A stretch of 31,850 nucleotides of DNA from Gaiellaceae bacterium (GTDB lineage Bacteria; Actinomycetota; Thermoleophilia; Gaiellales; Gaiellaceae), in contig JBOHAJ010000271.1 of the NCBI GenBank assembly GCA_050697715.1, forward strand, positions 1 to 31,850. The letters are read 5' to 3'. Under the pieces are notes generated by a model, which was not told the DNA's origin, did no database searches, and saw nothing but the letters and a program-made list of their open reading frames with translations. Shown here in pieces: positions 20,358-28,141 of this stretch. Position 1 is the first letter of the stretch. Every line of letters begins with the position of its first letter. Position numbers and translations under genes: made by a program.

Positions 20358-21374
20358 ATGCTCGCGAACGTCTCGGGCAACGGGATCACGGTCGGCATCA
20401 CCGGCATCGGCGCGTACGCGCCCGAGAAGGTGCTCACGAACTTCGACCTCGAGCGGATGGTCGAGACCTCGGACGAGTGGATCACGCAGCGCACCGGGAT
20501 CAGGGAACGGCGCATCGCGTCGGAGGGCGAGGCCGCGAGCGACCTCGCCCTCCCCGCGGCACGGGAGGCCCTGTCGGAGGCGGGCGTGGACGCGGCCGAT
20601 CTCGACCTCGTGATTGTCGCGACGGCGACGCCGGACATGCTTTTTCCCGCGACCGCGGCACTGATCGCGGACGAGCTGGGCGCGCGCAGGGCGGCCGCCT
20701 ACGACCTGCTCGCGGGCTGCACGGGCTTCGTCTACGCGACCGCCCAGGCGTACGGGGCGCTTGCGGCGGGGCTCGCGGAGAGGGCGCTCGTCGTCGGTGC
20801 GGAGACGTTGTCGAAGATCACGAACTGGGAGGACCGGTCGACTTGCATCCTCTTCGGCGACGGCGCCGGCGCCGCCGTGCTGGAGCGGGTCGAGCGGGGC
20901 GGCATCGTGGGGTTCGAGCTCGGCGCGGACGGCTCGGGCGGGCCCAACCTGTGCGTCCCCGCCGGCGGCTCGCGCACACCCGTCACCCCGCAGGTGCTGA
21001 AGCAGGAGCTGCAGTTCATCCAGATGCGTGGCCAGGAGGTCTTCCGCTTCGCGACGCGCATCATGGTCACCTCTGCGGAGCAGCTCCTGGAGGAGTGCGG
21101 AGTCGGCGTCGGGGACGTGGACCTCTACGTCCCTCACCAGGCGAACAAGCGGATCATCGACCACGCGGTGAAGAACCTCGGCCTCGACCCGAAGAAGGTC
21201 GTGCTCAACATCGACCGCTACGGGAACACCTCCTCGGCCTCGATCCCGCTCTGCCTCGTGGAGGCCCGTGAGCAGGGCCTGCTCGAGGAGGGGACGCGTG
21301 TGCTCATGAGCGCTGTCGGGGCCGGGCTCACCTGGGGCTCGATCTACATGACCTGGACGAACGGGGACAAATGA
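20358..21374 (+). CDS. fabH: Beta-ketoacyl-ACP synthase III
   Basis: TSDEWI..RTGI, AGCTGF, LFGDGAGA, PHQANKRII, YGNTSSAS (Cys-His-Asn triad). Confidence 0.97.
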   Translation: MLANVSGNGITVGITGIGAYAPEKVLTNFDLERMVETSDEWITQRTGIRERRIASEGEAASDLALPAAREALSEAGVDAADLDLVIVATATPDMLFPATAALIADELGARRAAAYDLLAGCTGFVYATAQAYGALAAGLAERALVVGAETLSKITNWEDRSTCILFGDGAGAAVLERVERGGIVGFELGADGSGGPNLCVPAGGSRTPVTPQVLKQELQFIQMRGQEVFRFATRIMVTSAEQLLEECGVGVGDVDLYVPHQANKRIIDHAVKNLGLDPKKVVLNIDRYGNTSSASIPLCLVEAREQGLLEEGTRVLMSAVGAGLTWGSIYMTWTNGDK

Positions 21375-22294
21375 AGATCGCTTTCTGCTTTCCGGGCCAG
21401 GGCTCGCAGGACGTTGGAATGGGCCGGGCCCTCGCGGAGCGCTTCCCCGCGGCCCGGGCCGTCTACGACGAGGCTTCGGAGGCCGCCGGCTTCGACGTTG
21501 CCAGCCTGTGCTTCGAGGGACCGATCGAGGAGCTGACGCGGACGGAGCTCCAGCAGCCCGCGCTCGTCGCCACGTCGCTCGCCTGCCTGCGCGCGGTCGA
21601 GACGCTCGGCATCACGCCCGACTACGTGATCGGCCACTCGGTCGGCGAGTACTCGGCGCTCGCGGCGGCCGAAGCGCTCACGAGCCGCGATGCGGTGGCG
21701 CTCGTGCGCGAGCGGGGCGAAGCGATGGCCGAGGCCGCGCGCGAGCATCCCGGCGCGATGGCCGCCGTCCTCGGCCTCGAGGACTCCGTTGTCGAGAAGC
21801 TCTGCGCCGGGATCGACGGGGTCTGGCCGGCGAACTACAACTGCCCCGGCCAGGTCGTCGTGTCGGGCGAGAACGCGGCCGTCGATCGTCTGCTCGAGGA
21901 GGCCGCCTCGCTCGGGGCGCGCAAGACGGTGAAGCTGCGGGTGAGCGGCGCCTTCCACAGCCCCCTGGTGGCGCGGGCGGCCGACCGGCTGAAGCCAGCG
22001 CTCGCGAATGTCTCCTTCCACGACCCTGCCCCGCCCTTCATGTCCACGGTGACGGCGCGGCTCGAGGGAGCGCAGCGGCTCGCGGCCCTCCTCGTCGAGC
22101 AGCTCACGGGCCCGGTGAAGTTCACGCAGGCCGTGGGGGGTCTGGTGAAGGACGGTGTCGACCTCTTCGTCGAGATCGGGCCCGGCCAGGTGCTGAGCGG
22201 GCTCCTGCGACGCTGCGACCGTTCCCTCCGCACCGTCTCGGTGGGCAACCCGGAGGCCCTCGCGAAGCTGGAGGAGGTCCTCTCCGCTGCCTAG
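21371..22294 (+). CDS. fabD: Malonyl-CoA:ACP transacylase
   Basis: FPGQGSQ, GHSVGEY, VSGAFHSP, EIGPGQVL. Confidence 0.97.
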   Translation: MKIAFCFPGQGSQDVGMGRALAERFPAARAVYDEASEAAGFDVASLCFEGPIEELTRTELQQPALVATSLACLRAVETLGITPDYVIGHSVGEYSALAAAEALTSRDAVALVRERGEAMAEAAREHPGAMAAVLGLEDSVVEKLCAGIDGVWPANYNCPGQVVVSGENAAVDRLLEEAASLGARKTVKLRVSGAFHSPLVARAADRLKPALANVSFHDPAPPFMSTVTARLEGAQRLAALLVEQLTGPVKFTQAVGGLVKDGVDLFVEIGPGQVLSGLLRRCDRSLRTVSVGNPEALAKLEEVLSAA

Positions 22295-22455
22295 TGGCTC
22301 GAGCGACCACGTCCGTCGGCTCCTGGGCGGCTGCAAAGCTTCGCCAGGCGTCGTCCTCAGTCGCCCACGTACTGACAAGTACGCGGGCTCCCTGCGTTCT
22401 AGCCCGACTCGCTTTTCGCGCGCCAGGAGCTCGACGACGTGACCGCCCGAACCAC
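22294..22455. repeat. About 160-bp fold-back element (MITE/REP-like) with ~33-bp imperfect terminal inverted repeats
   Basis: Left GTGGCTCGAGCGACCACGTCCGTCGGCTCCTGG versus reverse complement of right end GTGGTTCGGGCGGTCACGTCGTCGAGCTCCTGG; internal hairpin GCCC-A-CGTACT-GACA-AGTACG-C-GGGC. Confidence 0.7.
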
Positions 22456-23197
22456 CGGCTCCAACTTCGCGTCGCTCGAAGGCAAGGTGGCGCTCGTCAC
22501 GGGGGGGTCCCGGGGCATCGGCGCAGCCATCTGCCGTGAGCTTGGACGCGGGGGCGCGCGAGTCGCCGTCAACTACCGCGCGAGCAAGGAGGAGGCCGAA
22601 CAGGTGGCGGGGGAGATCGGCGGTGTGGCTGCCGGCGGGAACGTCGCCGACGCCGGCGAGGCGCAGGCGCTCATCGAGCAGGTGGAGTCCGAGCTGGGCG
22701 ACCTCGACATCCTCGTCAACAACGCCGGGATCACGCGCGACACGCTGATCGCACGCATGACCGACGAGGACTGGGAGCAGGTGATCGACACGAACCTACG
22801 CGGAGCCTTCAACACGTCCCGGGCCGTCGCCCGCAAGATGCTCCGCCGGCGGGCGGGCGCGATCGTGAACCTGACGAGTGTCGTCGGCCTGCACGGAAAC
22901 CCCGGGCAGGCGAACTACGCCGCCTCGAAGGCGGGCATCATCGGACTCACCAAGGCGCTCGCTCGTGAGCTCGGGTCGCGTGGGGTGCGCGTAAACGCCG
23001 TCGCGCCCGGCTACATCGACACGGAGCTGACGCGCGTGCTCCCCGAGCCGGCGCGTGAGGCGATCCTCGGGAACACCCCGCTCGGCCGGCTGGGAGATCC
23101 GGAGGACGTGGCCGGTGCGGTACGCTTTCTTTGCTCCGACGAGGCGGCGTTCGTGACCGGCGAGGTGCTCCTCGTCGACGGCGGCCTCGGGATCTAG
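22439..23197 (+). CDS. fabG: 3-oxoacyl-ACP reductase
   Basis: TGGSRGIG, LVNNAGITRD, NYAASK, VNAVAPG, VDGG; AGGAG 9 nt before GTG. Confidence 0.97.
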   Translation: MTARTTGSNFASLEGKVALVTGGSRGIGAAICRELGRGGARVAVNYRASKEEAEQVAGEIGGVAAGGNVADAGEAQALIEQVESELGDLDILVNNAGITRDTLIARMTDEDWEQVIDTNLRGAFNTSRAVARKMLRRRAGAIVNLTSVVGLHGNPGQANYAASKAGIIGLTKALARELGSRGVRVNAVAPGYIDTELTRVLPEPAREAILGNTPLGRLGDPEDVAGAVRFLCSDEAAFVTGEVLLVDGGLGI

Positions 23198-23199
23198 GG

Positions 23200-24453
23200 A
23201 TGAGCTCGCAGAACGGACGAAGACGCGTCGTCATCACCGGGATGGGTGCCGTGACCCCGCTGGGCAACGACGCCGAGACCTCCTGGGAGAACCTCCTCGC
23301 CGGCAAGGGGGGCGCTGCGCCGATCACGAACTTCGACCCGAGCGAGTTCCTCGTCCACTTCGCCTGCGCGCTCAAGGACTTCGATCCGACCCGCTGGATC
23401 GAGTACCGCAAGGCGAGGCGGATGGACCGCTTCGTGCACATGATCCTGGCGGCCGCCCGCATGGCCGAGGAGGATTCCGGAATCGACATCGGAGCCGAGA
23501 CCGAGCGCGTCGGCGTCTCGGTCGCCACCGGGATCGGCGGCCTGCAGGCCTTCCAAGACTGCTACGACACGCTCCTCGAGCGGGGGCCGGACCGGGTCAA
23601 CCCGCTTTCGATCCCCGCGATCATCCCGAACATGGGCGCCGCGTGGGTCTCGATGGAGCTCGGCGCGCGCGGTCCACTTGCCTCCGAGTGCACCGCGTGC
23701 GCGGCCTCGAACATGGCCATTGGGGACGCGCTCGACGCGATCCGGCTGGGGCGTGCCGACGTCATGCTGGCGGGCGGCACGGAGGCGGGCATCACCAAAG
23801 TCGGGATCGGCGGGTTCGCCGCCATGCGGGCCCTCTCGCGAAGGAACGACGACCCGGCGCGCGCGAGCAGGCCGTTCGACGCCGAGCGCGACGGCTTCGT
23901 CATGGGCGAGGCGGGCGGGATCGTCGTGCTCGAGGCGCTCGAGCACGCACAAGAGCGCGGAGCGAAGATCTACGCTGAGCTCGGCGGGTACGGGCTCTCC
24001 TCCGACGCGCAGCACATCACGGAACCGGACCCGACGGGGCGGCACCCCGCGCGCGCCATGGAGATGGCTCTTCGGGACGCCGGCCTCGGCGCGGACGATG
24101 TGGACTACATCAACGCGCACGGCACCTCGACGCCGCTCGGGGACGCCAGCGAAACGCGGGTGATCAAGATCGCGCTCGGCGAGGAGAAGGCGCGGAACAC
24201 GCCGATCTCGTCGACGAAGGGCGCGACCGGGCACTGCCTCGGCGCATCGGGCGCGATCGAGGCGATCTTCTCCACGCTCGCGGTCCAGCGGGACGTCGTC
24301 CCGCCGACGATCAACTACGAGTCGCCGGACCCCGAGTGCGACCTCGACTACATCCCCAACGAGGCGCGTGAATGGAAGACCGACGTCGCGCTCTCCAACA
24401 ACTTCGGCTTCGGCGGGCACAACGCCTGTTTAGTCATCAAAAAGTACCGCTAA
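23200..24453 (+). CDS. fabF: Beta-ketoacyl-ACP synthase II
   Basis: RRVVITGMG, TACAAS, NAHGTST, GHCLGASG, NFGFGGHN; ATG 23200. Confidence 0.97.
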   Translation: MSSQNGRRRVVITGMGAVTPLGNDAETSWENLLAGKGGAAPITNFDPSEFLVHFACALKDFDPTRWIEYRKARRMDRFVHMILAAARMAEEDSGIDIGAETERVGVSVATGIGGLQAFQDCYDTLLERGPDRVNPLSIPAIIPNMGAAWVSMELGARGPLASECTACAASNMAIGDALDAIRLGRADVMLAGGTEAGITKVGIGGFAAMRALSRRNDDPARASRPFDAERDGFVMGEAGGIVVLEALEHAQERGAKIYAELGGYGLSSDAQHITEPDPTGRHPARAMEMALRDAGLGADDVDYINAHGTSTPLGDASETRVIKIALGEEKARNTPISSTKGATGHCLGASGAIEAIFSTLAVQRDVVPPTINYESPDPECDLDYIPNEAREWKTDVALSNNFGFGGHNACLVIKKYR

Positions 24454-24471
24454 CGCGCACTTTTTGATGAC
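24433..24471. repeat. Perfect 13-bp inverted repeat spanning the fabF stop and HAD start
   Basis: GTCATCAAAAAGT-N13-ACTTTTTGATGAC. Confidence 0.85.
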
Positions 24472-25135
24472 GAGATGGGCGACATTCGACTGCTATGGGA
24501 CTCTCATCGATTGGGAGGGCGGGATCGGCGGAGAGCTCGTCCGGCTCTGGCCGGGCGTCGATGCCGCACTCCTACTCGAGCGCTACCACGAGATCGAGCC
24601 GCGCGTCCAACTCGACGGGGCGCTCACCTACCGTGAGGTGTTGCGGCAGACACTCGTTCTCCTCGCCGAGAGCGAGGGTCTCGAGCTCGACCCCGCGGAG
24701 GAGTACGCGCTTCCCGACTCGCTGCCGGCCTGGCCCGTCTTCGGCGAGGTGCCCGAGGCCCTGACCGAGCTGCGGGAGCGCGGCTGGCGGCTGGGGATTC
24801 TCTCCAACACCGATCCCGAGCTCCTCTCGGCCTCGCTCGCGACGATCGGGGTGCCCGTCGACCTGACCGTGACGGCCGCGGAGGCCGGCTCCTACAAGCC
24901 CGCGCACGGCCACTGGGAGCGCTTCTACCAGGACACGGCCGCCGAGCGCTCCCGACACGTTCACGTCGCGCAGAGCGCCTTCCACGACATTGCGGCGGCG
25001 GCGGAACTGGAAATTGTCGCCGTCTGGATCAACCGGCGCGGGGAGGAGAGCGAGTTGCCGCGGGCGGCCGAGCTGCCGGACCTGTCGCGGCTGCCGGAGA
25101 CGCTGGAAGGACTTGTGCCTGCCGGTACCGTGTAG
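24467..25135 (+). CDS. HAD-family hydrolase (haloacid dehalogenase type II-like)
   Basis: TFDCYGTLIDWE, ILSNTD, GSYKP, HVAQSAFHDI, WINR. Confidence 0.9.
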   Translation: MTRWATFDCYGTLIDWEGGIGGELVRLWPGVDAALLLERYHEIEPRVQLDGALTYREVLRQTLVLLAESEGLELDPAEEYALPDSLPAWPVFGEVPEALTELRERGWRLGILSNTDPELLSASLATIGVPVDLTVTAAEAGSYKPAHGHWERFYQDTAAERSRHVHVAQSAFHDIAAAAELEIVAVWINRRGEESELPRAAELPDLSRLPETLEGLVPAGTV

Positions 25136-25137
25136 GC

Positions 25138-25917
25138 GTGTCGCGGCTTCGCGCCCGCTGCCCCGACTGCCACACGCTGACGGCGGTGGCTCTCGACGGC
25201 CAGTACGAGTGCCACAGTTGCGGGCGGACGTTTCCAGCCGGTCTCGTGCGCGTGCCGCGTGCTTGGGGGAACGGCGGCGAGCGCATGGTCGAGGCGGCCT
25301 ACCTCGCGCTTCCGTATCCCGAGACCGGCGTCGTGGACGAGGAGACGCTCACCGAGCAGAACCTCGTCCTCGCGGCCGCCCTGCCCGAGCGTCCCCTCGT
25401 CCTCGGCGGCTGCTGCTGCGCGCACGTGGGCGCCGTCGAGGGACTGGCGACCCGCCACGACCGCCTGGCCGTCGTCTGGCTCGACGCCCACGGCGATCTG
25501 AACACGCCCGAGACCTCGCCGAGCGGGAACGCCTGGGGGATGCCGCTCCGGATGCTCCTCGAGTCGGGGACGGTCCACCCCGCCGACGTCGTGCTCGTCG
25601 GCGCGCGCAACCTCGACCTGCCCGAGGTCGAGTTCATCGCGGCGAGCGGTCTCCGCACGGGAGAGGACGAGCTCGGGGACGCACTCGACGGCTCGGACGC
25701 CGTCTACGTCGCCTTCGACTGCGACGTCCTCGACCCGGAGGACGACGTCGTCGCCTTCATGCCGGAGCCGGGCGGGATGACTGTGCTCGAGGCCGAGGCG
25801 CTCCTCCGCCGGGTCGCGCACGAGAAGCCGGTCGCCGGCGCCGGCCTGACGGGACTCGCGCCGGCGCCCGGGAACGCGGAGCCACTCTCGCGCCTGACGG
25901 CGGCGCTCGGTCTCTAG
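25138..25917 (+). CDS. Arginase/ureohydrolase-fold protein with N-terminal C4 zinc ribbon
   Basis: CPDC...CHSC; WLDAHGDLNTPETSPSGN, FDCDVLDP, EPGG; several catalytic positions substituted. Confidence 0.85.
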   Translation: MSRLRARCPDCHTLTAVALDGQYECHSCGRTFPAGLVRVPRAWGNGGERMVEAAYLALPYPETGVVDEETLTEQNLVLAAALPERPLVLGGCCCAHVGAVEGLATRHDRLAVVWLDAHGDLNTPETSPSGNAWGMPLRMLLESGTVHPADVVLVGARNLDLPEVEFIAASGLRTGEDELGDALDGSDAVYVAFDCDVLDPEDDVVAFMPEPGGMTVLEAEALLRRVAHEKPVAGAGLTGLAPAPGNAEPLSRLTAALGL

Positions 25918-25948
25918 ACGAATGATCGAGAAATCGATCCTTCGTCTA
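25915..25948. repeat. 34-bp palindrome, copy 1
   Basis: TAGACGAATGATCG-AGAAAT-CGATCCTTCGTCTA; begins at the stop codon of the upstream gene. Confidence 0.8.
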
Positions 25949-26057
25949 TCACGCTCGATCGGCTGTGTCGACCGAGCGTCTAGTCGGCACCGGCGCTTTC
26001 GCCGGCGTTCTCTCGGGTGGCCGGCGGAAGCCCTGGGAGGGCGCTCCGCGCGCTCGA

Positions 26058-26091
26058 TAGATGATTGATCGGGATTTCGATCAATCATCTG
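26058..26091. repeat. 34-bp palindrome, copy 2, over the expected accD -35 region
   Basis: TAGATGATTGATCG-GGATTT-CGATCAATCATCTG with 13-bp perfect arms; -10 TAAGAT at 26103-26108. Confidence 0.8.
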
Positions 26092-26117
26092 GCAAAGCCC
26101 CGTAAGATAGGCCGTCG

Positions 26118-26984
26118 ATGGAGAGCCGGATCGACGTCTCGATCGAGAACCGCGGGCCGTCACAGCCGGCCGAGGAGGGAAAGCGGCACCCGAACACGTG
26201 CCCGCGCTGCCACTCGCACTACCGCGACGACGAGCTCGAGCAGAACCTTCGCATCTGCTCCCAGTGCGGGCATCACTTCCCCGTCCGCGCACGGGAGCGG
26301 GTTGCCCAGCTTGCGGACCGAGGCACGTTCGCCGAGGAGGACGCCAACCTTCGCTCCGCCGACCCGCTCTCGTTCTTCGACCTTCGCGCCTACACCGAGC
26401 GTCTGGCGGAGGCCGAGGTGGCCACGGGTCTCGGCGACGCGATGATTGCCGGGGCGGCCACGGTCGAGCGGCGCCCGTGCGAGCTCGCCGTCATGGACTT
26501 CGCCTTCATGGGCGGCTCGATGGGGAGCACGGTCGGCGAGAAGTTCGCCCGCGCCTGCGAACGGGCGACTGCCCGCCGCGTCCCGCTCGTCTGCGTCACG
26601 GCTTCCGGCGGAGCGCGCATGCAGGAAGGGATCCTCTCCCTCATGCAGCTCCCGAAGACGGTGTGCGCCGTCGACGAGCTGCGCCAGGCGCGCTGCGCCT
26701 TCGTCTCGATCATGAGCCACCCGACGACCGCGGGCGTGATCGCGAGCTTCGCGAGCCTCGGGGATTTCCTGATCGCGGAGCCGGGCTCGCTCCTCGCCTT
26801 CACGGGGCCGCGTGTCGTGCAGCAGACCATCCGGCAGGAGCTGCCGGAGGACTTCGGCCGCGCCGAGGCGAACGCGCGCTTCGGACATGTGGACGCGATC
26901 GTGCCCCGGCCGGAGCTGCGGCCGTTCGTCGGCCGTCTCCTCTCGATGTTCAGCCAGACCTCCGCGTCGAGCGATGGCCGCTGA
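26118..26984 (+). CDS. accD: Acetyl-CoA carboxylase carboxyltransferase beta subunit
   Basis: CPRC...CSQC zinc finger, DFAFMGGSMG, SGGARMQEG, PTTAGV.ASFA, AEPG, FTGPRVV. Confidence 0.96.
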   Translation: MESRIDVSIENRGPSQPAEEGKRHPNTCPRCHSHYRDDELEQNLRICSQCGHHFPVRARERVAQLADRGTFAEEDANLRSADPLSFFDLRAYTERLAEAEVATGLGDAMIAGAATVERRPCELAVMDFAFMGGSMGSTVGEKFARACERATARRVPLVCVTASGGARMQEGILSLMQLPKTVCAVDELRQARCAFVSIMSHPTTAGVIASFASLGDFLIAEPGSLLAFTGPRVVQQTIRQELPEDFGRAEANARFGHVDAIVPRPELRPFVGRLLSMFSQTSASSDGR

Positions 26985-27927
26985 GCGCACGTCCGCAGAG
27001 GCCGAGCAGCTCAAGCTGCGCGACCGGCTCGCCCGCCTGCGCGACCTGCCCCTCTTGCGCGGCGTGGGCGTGTCGGGCGAGATGGCTCGGCTCAAGCGCC
27101 AGCTCGAGCGGATCGAGGCCGAGCCGAGCGCGGACGAGGTCTGGCGCGCAGTCGAGCTCGCCCGCCACCAGGACCGCCCGTACACACTCGACTACGTCGA
27201 GCGGATCTGCGACGACTTCATCGAGCTACACGGCGATCGGTCGCTTGCGGACGACCGGGCGATCGTGGCCGGGCTCGGGCGCCTGAGTGGACGCACGGTC
27301 GTCGTCGTCGGCCACCAGAAGGCGCGGGAGCTCCGCGAGCGGATCGAGCGCAACTACGGGATGGCCCATCCGGAGGGCTATCGCAAGGCCATGCGCGCCA
27401 TGGAGCTCGCCGACCGGCATGGCTTTCCTCTCGTCACGCTCGTCGACACGCCCGGCGCCTTTCCAGGCGTTGCCGCCGAGCAGCACGGCCAGGGTGGGTG
27501 GCTCGCCCGCTGCCAGCTGCAGATGACCCGACTCGGCGTCCCCACCGTCTCCTGCGTCATCGGCGAGGGCGGCTCGGGCGGGGCGGTCGCCATCGCGGTG
27601 GCCGACCGCGTGCTCATGCAGGAGAACGCCATCTACTCCGTCATCTCGCCCGAGGGCTGCGCGTCCATCCTCTGGCGCGACGCCGGCGAGGCGAAAAAGG
27701 CGGCCGCTGCGCTCAAACCCGACGCGCTCCATTGCCTCGAGCTCGGCGTCATCGACGCGATCGTCCCGGAGCCGGAGGCTGGAGCGCACACCGATCACGA
27801 CGCGGCGGCCGGGCTTCTGGCGGAGTCGTTGCAGGCCGCGCTCGGAGAGGTCGAAGGACTGGACCCCGAGGAGCGGCGGCGCTTGCGACGCGCGAAATTC
27901 CGCCGCATGGGGTTCTTTCTCGAGTAA
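26974..27927 (+). CDS. accA: Acetyl-CoA carboxylase carboxyltransferase alpha subunit
   Basis: RPYTLDY, ELHGDR, GMAHPEGYRKA, VDTPGAFPG, GEGGSGGA, YSVISPEGCASILW; ATG 26974 overlaps accD end by 11 nt. Confidence 0.96.
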   Translation: MAAERTSAEAEQLKLRDRLARLRDLPLLRGVGVSGEMARLKRQLERIEAEPSADEVWRAVELARHQDRPYTLDYVERICDDFIELHGDRSLADDRAIVAGLGRLSGRTVVVVGHQKARELRERIERNYGMAHPEGYRKAMRAMELADRHGFPLVTLVDTPGAFPGVAAEQHGQGGWLARCQLQMTRLGVPTVSCVIGEGGSGGAVAIAVADRVLMQENAIYSVISPEGCASILWRDAGEAKKAAAALKPDALHCLELGVIDAIVPEPEAGAHTDHDAAAGLLAESLQAALGEVEGLDPEERRRLRRAKFRRMGFFLE

Positions 27928-27942
27928 CCGGCCGGGATCGGG

Positions 27943-27993
27943 AAATCCACGCCGTCCACAGGGTTATCCCCCGAAATCATGAGCTTTTCCACC
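27943..27993 (+). promoter_or_regulatory. Putative extra-origin DnaA-box cluster
   Basis: AAATCCACG, CCGTCCACA, TTATCCCCC, TTTTCCACC, all co-oriented. Confidence 0.55.
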
Positions 27994-28006
27994 GATGGGT
28001 CAAAGC

Positions 28007-28035
28007 CTTGAGGCCGGCTGTTAACCGGCCTCAAG
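28007..28035. terminator. Perfect 11-bp hairpin, probable terminator or RNA stem
   Basis: CTTGAGGCCGG-CTGTTAA-CCGGCCTCAAG; followed by GCTTT on the minus strand, no U-tract on the plus strand. Confidence 0.55.
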
Positions 28036-28141
28036 CGCCAACCCCCCCGGTCGGCAGAGAAGACTCCGCCGTTGGCCTACCCGGACCGGGACCGGCTAAA
28101 CCTCCGGTTCGAGAGACGGGTCTCGGAGGCATGCTGTAACG

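Noticed and set aside
25915..26091. Reading the 34-bp palindromes as lox/dif-like recombination sites or a CRISPR mini-array
   Set aside because: Central spacers differ in both orientations, no recombinase or cas gene is nearby, there are only two copies and the 109-nt gap is too long for a CRISPR spacer
28031..28132. 33-aa minus-strand ORF MPPRPVSRTGG...
   Set aside because: No SD or clear promoter, low-complexity sequence; region is better explained by RNA stems
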